DNA of 64,000 bases from an uncultured Spirochaetaceae bacterium (GTDB lineage Bacteria > Spirochaetota > Spirochaetia > Sphaerochaetales > Sphaerochaetaceae). The notes under the pieces are model-generated. The model saw only the letters and a list, made by a program, of their open reading frames with translations, did not search any database and had not been told where the DNA came from. The translations under genes were made by a program, and so were the position numbers. The stretch's first letter is position 1; each line of letters begins with the position of its first letter. Shown one piece after another: positions 18,150 through 29,224 of this stretch. Where the stretch lies: positions 15,989 to 79,988 of the forward strand of contig CALXYL010000007.1 in the NCBI GenBank assembly GCA_944392985.1, in the 5' to 3' direction.

Positions 18150-18921
18150 AGCGCTCGATGCTGATGGCCTTTCCCGTGACAGCATCGGCCTCGATCACCA
18201 CTCCCTGAATATGGGCTGGCCCTGACGCGACCTCGCTCTTCATCGGAAGCTGGGTAAGCTGTCTCTCGATGCTCTTTGCGGGGTCGGAGCCTATCACCGC
18301 ATCAGTGACGCCGGTCAGCCCCAGATCCGTGATATAAGCAGTTCCCTTTGGAAGTATCTTCTCATCCGCAGTCTGCACATGCGTATGCGTACCTGCAACA
18401 GCCGTGACAGCGCCATCAAGCGCAAACGCGAAAGCCTCCTTCTCAAGGGTATCCTCCGCATGGAAATCGACGAAGATGAGCTTCGTCTCCTTCTGGATAT
18501 CCCTGAGCACCTTCTCAACGCGCTTCACAGGATCATCAATCGGAGACATCATCACGCGGCCCTGCACATTGATCACAGCAAACGAAAAGCCATTCTTCTT
18601 CCTGACGGTATAGCCATGGCCGATGCAGGGATCAGGGTAATTCAGAGGACGGAGGATATCCTCGCTGGAATCGAGGATGGGGTATATCTCCTCCTTCTGC
18701 CATATATGGTTGCCGCTTGTTATGACATCGGCACCCATGCTCTTCATTGACTGGTAATCGGAGACAGAGATGCCGAAACCGCCAGCGGCGTTCTCACCAT
18801 TGAGTATGACCGCATCAGCCTTCATCTCCTTCACAAGCGAAGAGAGCCCTACGAAAAGGGCTCCCATTCCTGCGCCTCCGGATACGTCCCCGATCATGAG
18901 GACACGGACACGATCCTTCAC
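18139..18921 (-). CDS. ymdB: YmdB-family metallophosphoesterase (TIGR00282 type)
   Basis: RVLMIGDVSGGAG...AVILNGENAAGGFGIS...SGNHIW...DFHAE...GTHTHVQTADE. It lies immediately downstream of rny, as in Bacillus. Confidence 0.88.
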   Translation of the reverse strand: MKDRVRVLMIGDVSGGAGMGALFVGLSSLVKEMKADAVILNGENAAGGFGISVSDYQSMKSMGADVITSGNHIWQKEEIYPILDSSEDILRPLNYPDPCIGHGYTVRKKNGFSFAVINVQGRVMMSPIDDPVKRVEKVLRDIQKETKLIFVDFHAEDTLEKEAFAFALDGAVTAVAGTHTHVQTADEKILPKGTAYITDLGLTGVTDAVIGSDPAKSIERQLTQLPMKSEVASGPAHIQGVVIEADAVTGKAISIERFTR

Positions 18922-20447
18922 TTCGCGTACTCCACAACCCTCGTCTCGCGGATGATCGTCACCTTGATCTTCCCAGGATACCTGAGTTCAGCCTCGATGC
19001 GATCGGCGATGCCGCGGGCAATCTTCTTCGCACTTTCATCAGAGACAGTATCGCTATTGACCATGATCCTCAGCTCGCGGCCAGCCTGGATGGCAAACGC
19101 GTTATCAACACCATCAAAGCCCTTCGCGATATTCTCCAGCGATTCAAGCCTCTTGATATAATTGTCAAGGCTCTCACGGCGTGCGCCCGGACGTGCGGCA
19201 GAGATCGCATCAGCAATCTGCACGATAATCGCCTCAGGGCATGACGGATCAACATCGTTGTGGTGCGCGAGCACACAGTTGACGACCCGGGGATCCTCAC
19301 CAAGCCTCTTGACGAGCTCTCCGCCGAGCTCTGCGTGATTCGCCTCGCTCTCCGTCTCCGCTCCCTTTCCGATATCATGCAGAAGGCCACCGCGCTTCGC
19401 GATCTCTGGATCCGCTCCCACCTCAGAGGCAATCATGCCAGCAAGTATCGCGACTTCCTTTGAGTGAAGAAGGACATTCTGGCCATAGCTTGTCCTGAAA
19501 TGGAGGCGGCCAAGCGCCTTTATGAGCTCAGGCCCCATATTATGGAAGCCAAGATCGAATACGACCTTCTCGCCTTCATCGACGATGATGCGTCCGACTT
19601 CCTTGGAGACCTTGTTGACCATCTCCTCGATGCGCGCCGGGTGGATCCTTCCATCCTGCACGAGGCGCTCAAGTGCAACACGGGCAATCTCCTTCCTCAC
19701 AGGATCGAAGCATGAGATAACAACCGCCTCTGGAGTATCATCGATGATGATATCAACGCCGGTAAGCGTCTCCAGCGTACGGATGTTCCTTCCCTCACGG
19801 CCGATGATACGGCCCTTCATCTCGTCACTTGGAAGTGATACGGAAGCTGTCGTGATCTCACCCGACACCTCTGTTGCAAGGCGCTGGATGGATGTCACGA
19901 TGATATCCCTGGCAACCTTGTCAGCCTGGATCTGGGCCTCCTGCTCGATCTTGTTGATATACACCTGCCCATCGTGCTCAGCTTCCTTCCTCATCTCCTC
20001 GATGATCAGATGCTTAGCCTCCTCACGGGTCATAGCTGCAACCCTCTCAAGTTCGGCTGTCAGCTGGAGATGCTTTTCCTCCGCTTCCTTCTCTGCAGCT
20101 GCAAGCGCTGCGTCCCTCTCTCCCAGTTGTCGCTTTACGGCTTCAAGCTCCTGCTGCCTGTGTTCAAGATTTTCCTCTTTCTGCAGAAGCCTCCTCTCGG
20201 ATTTCTGCAGTTCAAATCGTCTCTCCCTCGCTTCCCGTTCCTGCTGCTGCTGTTCCTGCAGAAGCCTGTCACGGGTCTCCAGCTCAATCTCCTTAGCCTG
20301 CGCTTCTGCCTTTGAGACAGCTTCCTCGCTGATCCTCTCGGCACTCTGCTCCGCAGAAGTGAGCTTGGATTTGGCATATATCCAACGGCAAACAAAACCT
20401 ATTGCTATACCAGCAACAAGACACAGGAGGGAAACAATCACTGTCAT
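18918..20447 (-). CDS. rny: Ribonuclease Y
   Basis: N-terminal TM helix, coiled coil, KH domain (IGREGRNIRTLETLTGVDIIIDD) and HD domain (LLHDIGK...LAHHND). Confidence 0.93.
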   Translation of the reverse strand: MTVIVSLLCLVAGIAIGFVCRWIYAKSKLTSAEQSAERISEEAVSKAEAQAKEIELETRDRLLQEQQQQEREARERRFELQKSERRLLQKEENLEHRQQELEAVKRQLGERDAALAAAEKEAEEKHLQLTAELERVAAMTREEAKHLIIEEMRKEAEHDGQVYINKIEQEAQIQADKVARDIIVTSIQRLATEVSGEITTASVSLPSDEMKGRIIGREGRNIRTLETLTGVDIIIDDTPEAVVISCFDPVRKEIARVALERLVQDGRIHPARIEEMVNKVSKEVGRIIVDEGEKVVFDLGFHNMGPELIKALGRLHFRTSYGQNVLLHSKEVAILAGMIASEVGADPEIAKRGGLLHDIGKGAETESEANHAELGGELVKRLGEDPRVVNCVLAHHNDVDPSCPEAIIVQIADAISAARPGARRESLDNYIKRLESLENIAKGFDGVDNAFAIQAGRELRIMVNSDTVSDESAKKIARGIADRIEAELRYPGKIKVTIIRETRVVEYAK

Positions 20448-20481
20448 ATGTCATTTCCTCCTTATGAATCATTAATGTCTA

Positions 20482-20510
20482 ATTATTGCTACATAACATA
20501 CAGGTGTCAA
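20482..20510 (-). promoter_or_regulatory. Sigma70-like promoter for rny
   Basis: Minus strand reads TTGACA (20510-20505), a 17-nt spacer, then AATAAT (20487-20482), about 35 nt before the ATG at 20447. Confidence 0.4.
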
Positions 20511-20587
20511 TAATCAAACCGGAACAATAGCCTCTGTGGAAGAAATCATCAACAAACATCGTTGTTTAGCTGGATATAGGCAATCAA

Positions 20588-20615
20588 AGAAAAAACCGTC
20601 ACATCAATGTGACGG
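20588..20615 (-). terminator. Rho-independent terminator after rplQ
   Basis: Minus strand reads CCGTCACA-TTGA-TGTGACGG followed by TTTTTTCTTT, about 50 nt after the rplQ stop. Confidence 0.75.
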
Positions 20616-20662
20616 CTTCAGACCATTCAGTCTGCTTTCTGCTTCCCAGTCCAGGAAGCGTG

Positions 20663-21076
20663 TCAGGCCTTCTCAGCCTTTGCCTTTGCCTTCTTTCCGG
20701 CGGCCTTCTCCTCCTTCTTCGTCTTCTCGACGAGTTCGAGGATCACCATCTCTGCGGCGTCTCCAAGCCTGTTGCCAGTCTTGAGTATCCTTGTGTAGCC
20801 ACCCTTCCTCTCGGCAAAGAGAGGTGCGATCTCCTTGAAGAGCTTGTTGACGACGGCCTCGTCATAGACATCACGTGCAATCATGCGGCGGTTGTGAACT
20901 GAATCAACCTTTGCCCTCGTGATCATCTTCTCGGCCATCCTTCTGACTTCAAGAGCCTTTGCCTTCGTGGTCTCAATCCTCTCATACCTGAAGAGGGATG
21001 TGACCATGTTGCGCTTAAGCGCCTTGCGTTCGCTGGATTTGCGTGAAAGCGCGTTGAATCCGATCCTATGCTTCAT
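20663..21076 (-). CDS. rplQ: Ribosomal protein L17
   Basis: [37 protein letters not shown], with a K/A-rich tail. Confidence 0.95.
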   Translation of the reverse strand: MKHRIGFNALSRKSSERKALKRNMVTSLFRYERIETTKAKALEVRRMAEKMITRAKVDSVHNRRMIARDVYDEAVVNKLFKEIAPLFAERKGGYTRILKTGNRLGDAAEMVILELVEKTKKEEKAAGKKAKAKAEKA

Positions 21077-22127
21077 TGTTCTCTACTTCCTTGTTCTCTG
21101 GAACTTTGATAGACGTCTTTAATACACTGAAGTCGGACATACCAAGCGTAAGACCCCACTCCCTGAGCTTATCCTTGATCTCAGAAAGCGACTTCTTTCC
21201 GAAGTTCCTTGTCTTGGCAATCTCATCCTCAGTCTTCCTTGCAAGATCCCCGATGGTCTTGATGCCAGCGTTCTTGAGGCAGTTCGAAGAGCGGACAGTG
21301 AGCTCAAGCTCCTCAACAGGAGTATCGAGCAGCTTCCTGATCCTCTCCTCCTCCTCATCGATCTCCTCTGTGGTGCATACCTGCCCCTCATCGAAGTTGA
21401 TGAAGATGGTGAAATGCTCCTTGACGATCTTCGCAGCCTCACCGAGAGCATTCTCCGGCGTGATAGTCCCGTCGGTATAGATCTCAAGCGTCAGCTTCTC
21501 ATAATCGTTCCTCTGGCCGACCCTGGTAGGCTCGATTGAATACAGAACCCTCTTGACCGGCGAGAAGAAAGCATCGATGGCAATCGTTCCCGGCTCCTCT
21601 GAATACTTCTCATTGAGCTCGGAAGGCACATAGCCCCTGCCGAAATCGATCTGTACTTCCATCTCAAGATCGCAGTCATCCATCATCGTGAAGATCGGGA
21701 GATCAGGGTTCGTGACCGTCACCTGATCGCGCTCGAAATCCTTTCCGGTGATAACACCAGGCCCCTTGCAGGGAATGGTGATGACAGTGCCCTCTGAGTC
21801 ATCGGGCATGGAGATCTGCAGTTTCTTAATGGCTGCTATGATATCATTGATATCTTCCTTCACACCGCGCAGCGGCTCGAACTCGGACGTGACCATATGA
21901 GCCTCACGGGAATCTCCGTTGCCGAAGGTCGTGAAGCGGATGGCTGTCACTGCATAGCCCTGGATCGAGGAAAGGAGGACGCGGCGAAGGGTATTGCCGA
22001 CTGTCGTTCCAAAACCTCTCTCGAACGGATAAGCAACGAACTTGCCGTAGTCTGCTGTCGAGACAGTGTGATCAGAGATGATTCCCGAAGGCCTCTTGAA
22101 TCCCTTGAGAAGATTTTTTCTAGCCAT
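21066..22127 (-). CDS. rpoA: RNA polymerase alpha subunit
   Basis: 353 aa. The N-terminal domain reads [17 protein letters not shown]. The C-terminal domain reads [23 protein letters not shown]. Confidence 0.95.
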   Translation of the reverse strand: MARKNLLKGFKRPSGIISDHTVSTADYGKFVAYPFERGFGTTVGNTLRRVLLSSIQGYAVTAIRFTTFGNGDSREAHMVTSEFEPLRGVKEDINDIIAAIKKLQISMPDDSEGTVITIPCKGPGVITGKDFERDQVTVTNPDLPIFTMMDDCDLEMEVQIDFGRGYVPSELNEKYSEEPGTIAIDAFFSPVKRVLYSIEPTRVGQRNDYEKLTLEIYTDGTITPENALGEAAKIVKEHFTIFINFDEGQVCTTEEIDEEEERIRKLLDTPVEELELTVRSSNCLKNAGIKTIGDLARKTEDEIAKTRNFGKKSLSEIKDKLREWGLTLGMSDFSVLKTSIKVPENKEVENNEA

Positions 22128-22166
22128 TATCGCTCCTTATTATGCAGCTCTGAGAGCCGGAATCAA

Positions 22167-22541
22167 TCAGACACGGCGTGTCTTGCGCGGCCTGCATCCA
22201 TTGTGCGGAATCGGGGTGACGTCCCTGATCGAGCGGACCTTGAGGCCAAGCACACCGAGAGTCCTGATAGCGCTCTCGCGGCCCACGCCGGGTCCCTTCA
22301 CGAATACATTGACTTCCCTGAGACCGAAATCCATCGCCTTCTTGGCAGCTGTCTCGCATGTTGTCTGAGCAGCATACGGGGTGGACTTCTTCGCACCGCG
22401 GAATCCGAGCATACCAGCCGATGCCCAGGAAACAGCATTACCGGCAAGATCGGTAACTGTGATGATCGTGTTATTGAAGGTAGCCTGGATATAGACATTG
22501 CCCTCGAGTACGGTCTTCTTAGTCTTCTTTACATTAGCCAT
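22167..22541 (-). CDS. rpsK: Ribosomal protein S11
   Basis: [28 protein letters not shown]...[14 protein letters not shown]. Confidence 0.95.
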   Translation of the reverse strand: MANVKKTKKTVLEGNVYIQATFNNTIITVTDLAGNAVSWASAGMLGFRGAKKSTPYAAQTTCETAAKKAMDFGLREVNVFVKGPGVGRESAIRTLGVLGLKVRSIRDVTPIPHNGCRPRKTRRV

Positions 22542-22557
22542 TTCTTCTCACCTGCCC

Positions 22558-22923
22558 TTACTTCTTCTTGTTGGCAACGGTCTTCTTCTTGCCCTTTCTG
22601 GTTCTGGCATTGGTCTTTGTCCTCTGCCCTCTCACCGGAAGACCCTTCCTGTGCCTGAGTCCCCTGTAGCAGCCGATGTCCATGAGCCTCTTGATATTAA
22701 GAGCGACTTCGGTGCGGAGATGTCCTTCGATCTTGTACTCATCCTCGATGACCTTCCTCAGAAGGGCAAGGTCATCGTTGGAGAGGGAGTTGATCCTGAC
22801 ATCCGGGTCGATATTCGTCTTCTGACAGATCTGCATCGCCGAAACCCTTCCGATTCCGTAGATATATGTCAGTGCGATCTTAACTGCCTTATTGGGCAGG
22901 TCAACACCTGCAATACGCGCCAT
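22558..22923 (-). CDS. rpsM: Ribosomal protein S13
   Basis: [25 protein letters not shown]...[21 protein letters not shown]. Confidence 0.95.
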   Translation of the reverse strand: MARIAGVDLPNKAVKIALTYIYGIGRVSAMQICQKTNIDPDVRINSLSNDDLALLRKVIEDEYKIEGHLRTEVALNIKRLMDIGCYRGLRHRKGLPVRGQRTKTNARTRKGKKKTVANKKK

Positions 22924-22936
22924 TCACGGCCTCCTG

Positions 22937-23050
22937 TTATTTCTGTCTCTGCTTGTGCTTCGGATTGTCGCAGATGATGCGGACAACGCCAGCACGTCTG
23001 ATAACTTTGCACTTATCGCAAATAGGTTTTACACTAGCTCTGACCTTCAT
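22937..23050 (-). CDS. rpmJ: Ribosomal protein L36
   Basis: Hand translation gives [37 protein letters not shown] (37 aa). It falls below the ORF-track size cutoff. Confidence 0.93.
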   Translation of the reverse strand: MKVRASVKPICDKCKVIRRAGVVRIICDNPKHKQRQK

Positions 23051-23065
23051 TTCCTAGAACTCCTA

Positions 23066-24391
23066 TCAGAATTTCTTCAGTCTCCGCTTTCTCGCATCCA
23101 CGAAGCCATCATGATGATGCATCTTCATAAGTCCGTCAAGCTGTCTCATCGTCTCAAGGTCAACGCCTACGAGGATGATGAGCGATGTTCCGCCGAACAG
23201 CATAGCAACATTTGCCGGGAAATGGAAGAACATCTGGATCAGTGTCGGGATCAGCGCGATGAAAGCGAGGAAGATCGCTCCAGGAAGGACGATGCGGTTG
23301 AGCACCTTGGTAAGATACTCCTCCAGCTTCTCGTTCCTTACGCCGGGGATGGATCCTCCGTTGTCCCTTATATTCTTCGCCATCTCAATCGGGTTAAGAG
23401 AAACCTGCGTGTAGAAGAATGCAAACGCGATGATGAGAAGAGTATAGATGATGAGATACGGCGCACCCTGCGGATTGAGGAAGTTCGCCACTGCCTCGAG
23501 CCAGCCTATGCCTGAATTGTATCCAAGCTGGACAGGGAAGGAGAGCAGCGTTGAAGCGAAGATGACCGGAATAACGCCCGAGGGGTTGATCTTGAAGGGG
23601 ATGAATGAGCTCTGCGAGCCATACATCTTCCTTCCGACAACACGGCGGGAATACTGCACCGGGATCTTCCTCTGACCCTTCTCCTCGTAAACGACAAGCG
23701 CAACGACGAAGAAGAACATCACGACGACAGCGACAATCGCGAACGGATTGAGTGCAGCCGCCGGACGCGGATCCTGGAACCACATCTGGACATACCTGAA
23801 CATGGTGTAGGAAGCGGACGGAATACGCGCGACGATACCAGCGAAGATCAGGAGGGAGATACCGTTTCCGATACCGTTCTTCGTGATCTTCTCACCAAGC
23901 CATACCATGAGCATCGAGCCCGCGGTGACCGTGATGATCGAGACAATGGTGAAAGCGCCATCACCGATAGCAAGCGCACCGGGGATGCTGCGGGCGTACA
24001 TCGAAGCCGCAAGCGACTGGATGGCAGCCACGACAATCGTACCATAGCGCGTGTACTGCTGAATCTTCTTCGAACCCTGCGGATCCTGCGAAAGTTTCTT
24101 CAGCGAGGGGATTACCAGCATCAGCAGCTGCATGATGATCTGAGTGCTGATGTATGGCATGACCCCAAGCATGAAGATCGAGTAATTCGCAAAGGCACCG
24201 CCTGAGAAGAAGTTCAGATACTCGGTGAAGGAATTCGAGTTGGACTCAAAATAGGTAAGGATAGCCCCAGGATTGATCCCAGGAATCGGAAGAGCCGCTC
24301 CAATCCTCGTCACCGCAAGGATAGCGAAGGTGAAGAGTATCTTCTTCTTGATATCCTTCATTCTGAACATTTCAACCAGAGTGTTTGCCAT
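23066..24391 (-). CDS. secY: Preprotein translocase SecY
   Basis: 441 aa, 10-TM pattern. FSGGAFANYSIFMLGVMPYISTQIIMQLL. Confidence 0.95.
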   Translation of the reverse strand: MANTLVEMFRMKDIKKKILFTFAILAVTRIGAALPIPGINPGAILTYFESNSNSFTEYLNFFSGGAFANYSIFMLGVMPYISTQIIMQLLMLVIPSLKKLSQDPQGSKKIQQYTRYGTIVVAAIQSLAASMYARSIPGALAIGDGAFTIVSIITVTAGSMLMVWLGEKITKNGIGNGISLLIFAGIVARIPSASYTMFRYVQMWFQDPRPAAALNPFAIVAVVVMFFFVVALVVYEEKGQRKIPVQYSRRVVGRKMYGSQSSFIPFKINPSGVIPVIFASTLLSFPVQLGYNSGIGWLEAVANFLNPQGAPYLIIYTLLIIAFAFFYTQVSLNPIEMAKNIRDNGGSIPGVRNEKLEEYLTKVLNRIVLPGAIFLAFIALIPTLIQMFFHFPANVAMLFGGTSLIILVGVDLETMRQLDGLMKMHHHDGFVDARKRRLKKF

Positions 24392-24404
24392 TATGTTCCT
24401 TCTC

Positions 24405-24839
24405 TTACCTGATTTCGCCGCCTGCTGCCTTGATCTTCTCAGAAGCAGAGCCGGAGATCTTCACCCCATCGATGACGAGCTTCTTCGTCACCTCGCCATC
24501 GGCAAGGATCTTGGCTGTCACCGTTCCCTTAAGAAGCCCCTTCTGGCGAAGTGTCTCATCAGAGACTGTCTCGCCATCGGCAAAAGCCTTGTCGAGAGCA
24601 GAAAGGGAGATAGCCTGCCTCTCCACCTTGAATGGATAATTGGAGAAGCCACGCCTTGCGATGCGGCGATAGAGCGGCATCTGGCCGCCCTCGAAACCGA
24701 GGCGGACACCACCGCCGGAGCGGCTGTTCTGGCCATCATGTCCACGGCCGCATGAGCGTCCGATACCGGAGCCGTTTCCGCGGCCTACTATGGTCTTGCG
24801 GGTCGTTGCTCCCGCTGGCTTAACGATCTGTGCCATCAC
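24405..24839 (-). CDS. rplO: Ribosomal protein L15
   Basis: GRGNGSGIGRSCGRGHDGQNSRSGGGVRLGFEGGQMPLYRRI. Confidence 0.95.
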   Translation of the reverse strand: MMAQIVKPAGATTRKTIVGRGNGSGIGRSCGRGHDGQNSRSGGGVRLGFEGGQMPLYRRIARRGFSNYPFKVERQAISLSALDKAFADGETVSDETLRQKGLLKGTVTAKILADGEVTKKLVIDGVKISGSASEKIKAAGGEIR

Positions 24840-25021
24840 TGGACCTCCTCAACCTTCACAAGGTGAGCGACTGTGCGAACCATGCCGAGATTGACAGGAT
24901 TCGCCTCACGGACGACGGAGCTGGAGATCTTCCCAAGCCCAAGGGCCTTGATGGTCCTCCTCTGCACAGGAAGGGTGCCCGCAAGCCCCTTGACGAGTGT
25001 TATCTTGATCTGCTTTGCCAT
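24836..25021 (-). CDS. rpmD: Ribosomal protein L30
   Basis: MAKQIKITLVKGLAGTLPVQRRTIKALGL. The ATG at 25021 has a GGAG SD. The track start at 25033 is a GTG inside that SD region. Confidence 0.92.
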   Translation of the reverse strand: MAKQIKITLVKGLAGTLPVQRRTIKALGLGKISSSVVREANPVNLGMVRTVAHLVKVEEVQ

Positions 25022-25023
25022 GA

Positions 25024-25530
25024 TTAACTCCACATTTCCTTCAGCGTCTTGCCCCTGCCCTTCGCAACGGCCGCTGCATCATACATATGCTCGAGAGCAT
25101 CGAATGCTGCCTTGACCGTATTGATTCCATTCCTAGAACCAAGCGACTTCGAGAGGACATCCCTGATACCGGCCGCATCACAGACGAGACGGACAGCACC
25201 ACCTGCCTTGACACCTGTTCCAGGAACAGCCGGCCTGAGGAGCACGGAAGCGCTCTTGTACTTGCCGATGATGTCATGGGGGATCGTTGTTCCCCTGAGA
25301 GGAACATTGATGAGGTGGGCCTTAGCCTTATCCGTTGCCTTCCTTATTGCGTCGGACACATCATTGGCCTTTCCAAAGCCATAGCCTACCCTGCCATCAC
25401 CGTAGCCTACGACGACAAGAGCTGAGAAAGAGAATCTCTTACCACCCTTGACGACCTTTGCAACACGGTTGAGCTTCACCAGCTTCTCGATGCATCCGTC
25501 CTTGACTTCTCTGTCTTTTCCCTTTTCCAT
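25024..25530 (-). CDS. rpsE: Ribosomal protein S5
   Basis: [36 protein letters not shown]. Confidence 0.95.
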   Translation of the reverse strand: MEKGKDREVKDGCIEKLVKLNRVAKVVKGGKRFSFSALVVVGYGDGRVGYGFGKANDVSDAIRKATDKAKAHLINVPLRGTTIPHDIIGKYKSASVLLRPAVPGTGVKAGGAVRLVCDAAGIRDVLSKSLGSRNGINTVKAAFDALEHMYDAAAVAKGRGKTLKEMWS

Positions 25531-25539
25531 ACCGCTCTC

Positions 25540-25899
25540 CTAGAACTTGATCCCGGCCTTTCTGGCGCCGTCGGCGATGCTCTTCACGATTCCGTGATAG
25601 ATATAGCCGTTGCGATCGAACACGACGGAATCGATGTTCTTCTCAAGAAGCCTCTTGCCGACGATCTCGCCGAGCTTCTCCGCATCCGCTGTCGTGTTCC
25701 TCATATTCCTGAGATCGGCTTCAACGGTAGAGGCAGCGACCAGAGTATTGCCCACTGTGTCATCGATGACCTGGACATACATATGGTAGTTGCTCCTGAA
25801 AACAGTCATTCTCGGTCTTGAGGCTGTGCCGGAAATCCTCTTCCTGATGTGAGCCTTCCTCTTGGCGTGCCTTCTGTTCTTATCGATCATTCTGTTCAT
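25540..25899 (-). CDS. rplR: Ribosomal protein L18
   Basis: RPRMTVFRSNYHMYVQVIDD...FDRNGYIYHGIVKSIADGARKAGIKF. Confidence 0.95.
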   Translation of the reverse strand: MNRMIDKNRRHAKRKAHIRKRISGTASRPRMTVFRSNYHMYVQVIDDTVGNTLVAASTVEADLRNMRNTTADAEKLGEIVGKRLLEKNIDSVVFDRNGYIYHGIVKSIADGARKAGIKF

Positions 25900-25912
25900 A
25901 CTCTAAACCGCC

Positions 25913-26455
25913 TTATTTCTTGCCACCGGACTTACCGACCTTGCGGCGGATCGTCTCGTCTTCGTACTTGATGCCCTTGCCCTTATACGGCTCAGGTCCC
26001 CTGAGAGAGCGGATCTCTGCGGCGCACTTGCCGACCTTCTCCTTGCTGATTCCGCTGATAGTGAGCTTTGAGGGCCCATCGGCGGCAATCGTGATTCCCT
26101 CCGGGATGATGTACTCAATCGGCATGGAATAGCCAAGGTTAAGAGTAAGGATATTTCCCTTCACCTCTGCCCTGTAGCCGACTCCATTGATCAGGAGGAC
26201 CTTCTGGAAGCCTGCGGAGACACCTGTGACCATATTGAGGATCAGCTGGCGATAAAGGCCATGATAGCTCTTCGACAGCTTCTCGTCATTGATCCTGGTC
26301 ACGATGATCTCATTACCCTGAACAGCGACGTTGACCTCCGGCCTCGTCTGCAGCTCAAGCTCACCCTTCGGTCCCTTGACTGAAACAAGGGTACCATCGA
26401 CCTTGACCTCTACCTTCTCCGGAATCTGCACCGGGAGCTTTCCGATTCTTGACAC
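25913..26455 (-). CDS. rplF: Ribosomal protein L6
   Basis: MSRIGKLPVQIPEKVEVKVDG...PEPYKGKGIKYEDE. Confidence 0.95.
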   Translation of the reverse strand: MSRIGKLPVQIPEKVEVKVDGTLVSVKGPKGELELQTRPEVNVAVQGNEIIVTRINDEKLSKSYHGLYRQLILNMVTGVSAGFQKVLLINGVGYRAEVKGNILTLNLGYSMPIEYIIPEGITIAADGPSKLTISGISKEKVGKCAAEIRSLRGPEPYKGKGIKYEDETIRRKVGKSGGKK

Positions 26456-26466
26456 TTTCGGCCTCC

Positions 26467-26871
26467 TTACCAGATCGTGCAGATGAGCTCGCCACCGACC
26501 TTGGCCTCCTTGGCCTTCTTGCCGGTGATGACACCCGTCGAAGAAGAGACAACCACGACACCGATTCCGTTATAGACGGACGGCATATCCTTGTAGCCGC
26601 AGTAGACACGGCGGCCAGGCGTGGAGATACGCTTCAGGCCATGAAGCACAGGTGACTGGTCGTCGCTGTACTTGAGGAAGACGCGGATGTATGTCGCATC
26701 ATCCTTCGTGACCTTCTTGAAATTCTTGATGAAGCCTTCGTTCTTAAGGATCTTGATGATCTGCAGCTTAAGATTTGAGGCTGTCACATCCACTTTATCA
26801 TGCTTTGCCTGACTAGCATTCCTGATCTTAGTCAGCATATCTGCAATTGGATCACTAACTGCCATACTCAA
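26467..26871 (-). CDS. rpsH: Ribosomal protein S8
   Basis: [23 protein letters not shown]...GGELICTIW. Confidence 0.95.
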   Translation of the reverse strand: MSMAVSDPIADMLTKIRNASQAKHDKVDVTASNLKLQIIKILKNEGFIKNFKKVTKDDATYIRVFLKYSDDQSPVLHGLKRISTPGRRVYCGYKDMPSVYNGIGVVVVSSSTGVITGKKAKEAKVGGELICTIW

Positions 26872-26874
26872 CTC

Positions 26875-27060
26875 CTACCAGCTCGACTTCGTTACGCCAG
26901 GGATCTGGCCTTCGCTAGCCAGCTTCCTGAAGCAGATCCTGCACATATCAAACTGGCGCATATATCCACGCGGGCGGCCACAGATCCTGCAGCGGTTGTA
27001 CCTGCGTGTGGAGAACTTAGGCTCCCTCTTTGACTTTACGATAAGTGACGTCTTTGCCAT
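26875..27060 (-). CDS. rpsN: Ribosomal protein S14, short zinc-ribbon (type Z) form
   Basis: 61 aa. [22 protein letters not shown] carries two CxxC pairs. Confidence 0.95.
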   Translation of the reverse strand: MAKTSLIVKSKREPKFSTRRYNRCRICGRPRGYMRQFDMCRICFRKLASEGQIPGVTKSSW

Positions 27061-27071
27061 CTATAAGCTCC

Positions 27072-27632
27072 TTACTTTGCAGCGAACGGCATCCCGAGCG
27101 CCTTGAGAAGAGCATAGCCCTGCTCATCGTTCGGAGCTGTCGTAACGATAGCGACGTTGAGGCCGCTGATCCTCTCGATCTTGTCATAGTCGATCTCAGG
27201 GAAGATGATCTGCTCAGTGATACCGAGCGAGTAGTTCCCATGACCATCGAAAGCATTGGGATTGACTCCCCTGAAGTCCTTGACACGAGGAAGTGCGATC
27301 GAGATAAGGCGCTCCAGGAAATACCACATATTGTCTCCCCTGAGCGTGACCATAGCACCGATCTCCTGACCCTCGCGGACCTTGAAGTTAGCAATGGACT
27401 TGCGGGCCTTCGTCTTCACGACATGCTGTCCTGTGATCTGCTCCAGCTCCTTGACAGCAGCATCGAGGAGCTTCTTGTTCGTCGTTGCCTCACCGACACC
27501 GACGGAGACAGTGATCTTCTCGAGCTTAGGGATCTGCATAGGCGACTTGAAGCCAAAATCCTTCATCAGCTGAGGAGCAACCGTCTCGGTATACTTCCTC
27601 TTGAAATTAGGTACGAACTTCTCTTCTGCCAT
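27072..27632 (-). CDS. rplE: Ribosomal protein L5
   Basis: The track ORF (to 27788) overruns into rplX. The ATG at 27632 gives [40 protein letters not shown]. Confidence 0.95.
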   Translation of the reverse strand: MAEEKFVPNFKRKYTETVAPQLMKDFGFKSPMQIPKLEKITVSVGVGEATTNKKLLDAAVKELEQITGQHVVKTKARKSIANFKVREGQEIGAMVTLRGDNMWYFLERLISIALPRVKDFRGVNPNAFDGHGNYSLGITEQIIFPEIDYDKIERISGLNVAIVTTAPNDEQGYALLKALGMPFAAK

Positions 27633-27633
27633 A

Positions 27634-27933
27634 TCAGAGCACCTCTCCTGTCTTCTTCGCATAGCGGATCTTCTTTCCGTTCTCAATCCTGTATCCAACC
27701 CTGGACACCTTGTCCTTGGAGACAAGCTGCACGTTGGAGACGTGGATCGGAGCCTCGACTTCCATGATTCCGCCCTTATCCTGAGCATTCCTCTTCTTCA
27801 TGGTCTTCATGACCATGTTGGCGCCCTGGACGATGACCCTCTCACTTACCGGGTCAATCTGGATGATCTTACCGGTACGGCCCTTGTCCTTTCCGGCAAT
27901 GATCCTGACTGTGTCATTCTTCTTCAGTCTCAT
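27634..27933 (-). CDS. rplX: Ribosomal protein L24
   Basis: [23 protein letters not shown]. Confidence 0.95.
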   Translation of the reverse strand: MRLKKNDTVRIIAGKDKGRTGKIIQIDPVSERVIVQGANMVMKTMKKRNAQDKGGIMEVEAPIHVSNVQLVSKDKVSRVGYRIENGKKIRYAKKTGEVL

Positions 27934-27942
27934 ACAGAACTC

Positions 27943-28308
27943 CTACAACACTTCCGGCGCGAGCGAAACGATCTTCATGTAATTCTCGCGAAGCTCTCTC
28001 GCGACAGGTCCGAAGATGCGCTTTCCGCGCGGGTTATTGTTGGCATCAATGACAACACAGGCGTTGTCATCGAACCTGATATAGGTACCGTCAGGTCTGC
28101 GGTATTCCTTCTTCGTGCGGACGATAACCGCCTTGAGAACATCGCCCTTCTTGATGGCTCCGTTCGGGAGTGCGTCCTTGACCGCCACGACGATGATGTC
28201 GCCTACTCCGGCAACGTACCTGTGGCTGCCGCCGAGAACCTTGATGCACTGCACACGCTTTGCACCGCTGTTATCCGCGACATTGAGATATGTCTGCATC
28301 TGTATCAT
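27943..28308 (-). CDS. rplN: Ribosomal protein L14
   Basis: [27 protein letters not shown]. Confidence 0.95.
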   Translation of the reverse strand: MIQMQTYLNVADNSGAKRVQCIKVLGGSHRYVAGVGDIIVVAVKDALPNGAIKKGDVLKAVIVRTKKEYRRPDGTYIRFDDNACVVIDANNNPRGKRIFGPVARELRENYMKIVSLAPEVL

Positions 28309-28320
28309 GACGATTCTCCT

Positions 28321-28572
28321 TTAGCGTGCCCTGGCGACGATCTCTTCAAGGCGCCAGCACTTATCCTTTGAAAGGTGGCGGCACTCGACAACGCGGACCG
28401 TATCTCCGATATGGGCCTCATTATTCTCATCGTGAGCCTTCACCTTCTTCGTTGAGACAACGTACTTCTTGTAGATCGGATGAAGAGTCCTGCCCGAGAT
28501 TGCGACGACAATGGTCTTATCCATCTTGTCGCTGACAACGAGCCCTGTCATTTTCTTCTTGTTCGCTTCCAT
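28321..28572 (-). CDS. rpsQ: Ribosomal protein S17
   Basis: [30 protein letters not shown]. Confidence 0.95.
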   Translation of the reverse strand: MEANKKKMTGLVVSDKMDKTIVVAISGRTLHPIYKKYVVSTKKVKAHDENNEAHIGDTVRVVECRHLSKDKCWRLEEIVARAR

Positions 28573-28586
28573 TTTCCGTGCCTCTC

Positions 28587-28799
28587 TTACTTATCTCCGC
28601 CGTTCTTCGCAATCCCGATATCAATCGCATGGATACGGGTATTGAGACGGGCGATATCCCTTCTGGTTGTCCTGAGGAGCATTGGGTTATCGAGATGCCC
28701 GAGGACCTTCTGCAGCCTGAGATCCACCAGTTCCTTCCTGAGCTTGGCGCGCTCTGCCTCAAGCTCCTTGTAACTGAGATTCCTATAAGACTTCTTCAT
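28587..28799 (-). CDS. rpmC: Ribosomal protein L29
   Basis: The track ORF overruns into rplP. The ATG at 28799 gives [30 protein letters not shown] (70 aa). Confidence 0.92.
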   Translation of the reverse strand: MKKSYRNLSYKELEAERAKLRKELVDLRLQKVLGHLDNPMLLRTTRRDIARLNTRIHAIDIGIAKNGGDK

Positions 28800-28803
28800 A
28801 AAC

Positions 28804-29220
28804 TCACTCCATATCCGAGCGGACGACGAACCTTGTCTTGATGGGGAGCTTCGACGCCGCCAGAGCAAGGGCTTCCCTTGCGAGCTGCTCATCGACACCG
28901 CCCATCTCGAACATGATGGCTCCTGTCTTGACGACTGCGACCCATCCCTCCGGACTTCCCTTTCCGTTGCCCTGCCTGGTCTCAGCGGGCTTCTTTGTGT
29001 ACGGCATATCGGGGAAGATGCGGATCCAGACCTTGCCACCGCGCTTTACATGACGTGTCATGGCAACACGGGCAGCCTCGATCTGGCGGTTGGTGATCCA
29101 CCTAGGCTCAGCAGCCATCAGTCCATACTCACCGAATGCAAGCGCATTTCCCCTGTGCGCAACACCATTGCGCTCGCCGCGCTGCTTCTTCCTGAATTTG
29201 ATTCTCTTCGGACTAAGCAT
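28804..29220 (-). CDS. rplP: Ribosomal protein L16
   Basis: [25 protein letters not shown]. Confidence 0.95.
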   Translation of the reverse strand: MLSPKRIKFRKKQRGERNGVAHRGNALAFGEYGLMAAEPRWITNRQIEAARVAMTRHVKRGGKVWIRIFPDMPYTKKPAETRQGNGKGSPEGWVAVVKTGAIMFEMGGVDEQLAREALALAASKLPIKTRFVVRSDME

Positions 29221-29224
29221 ACTA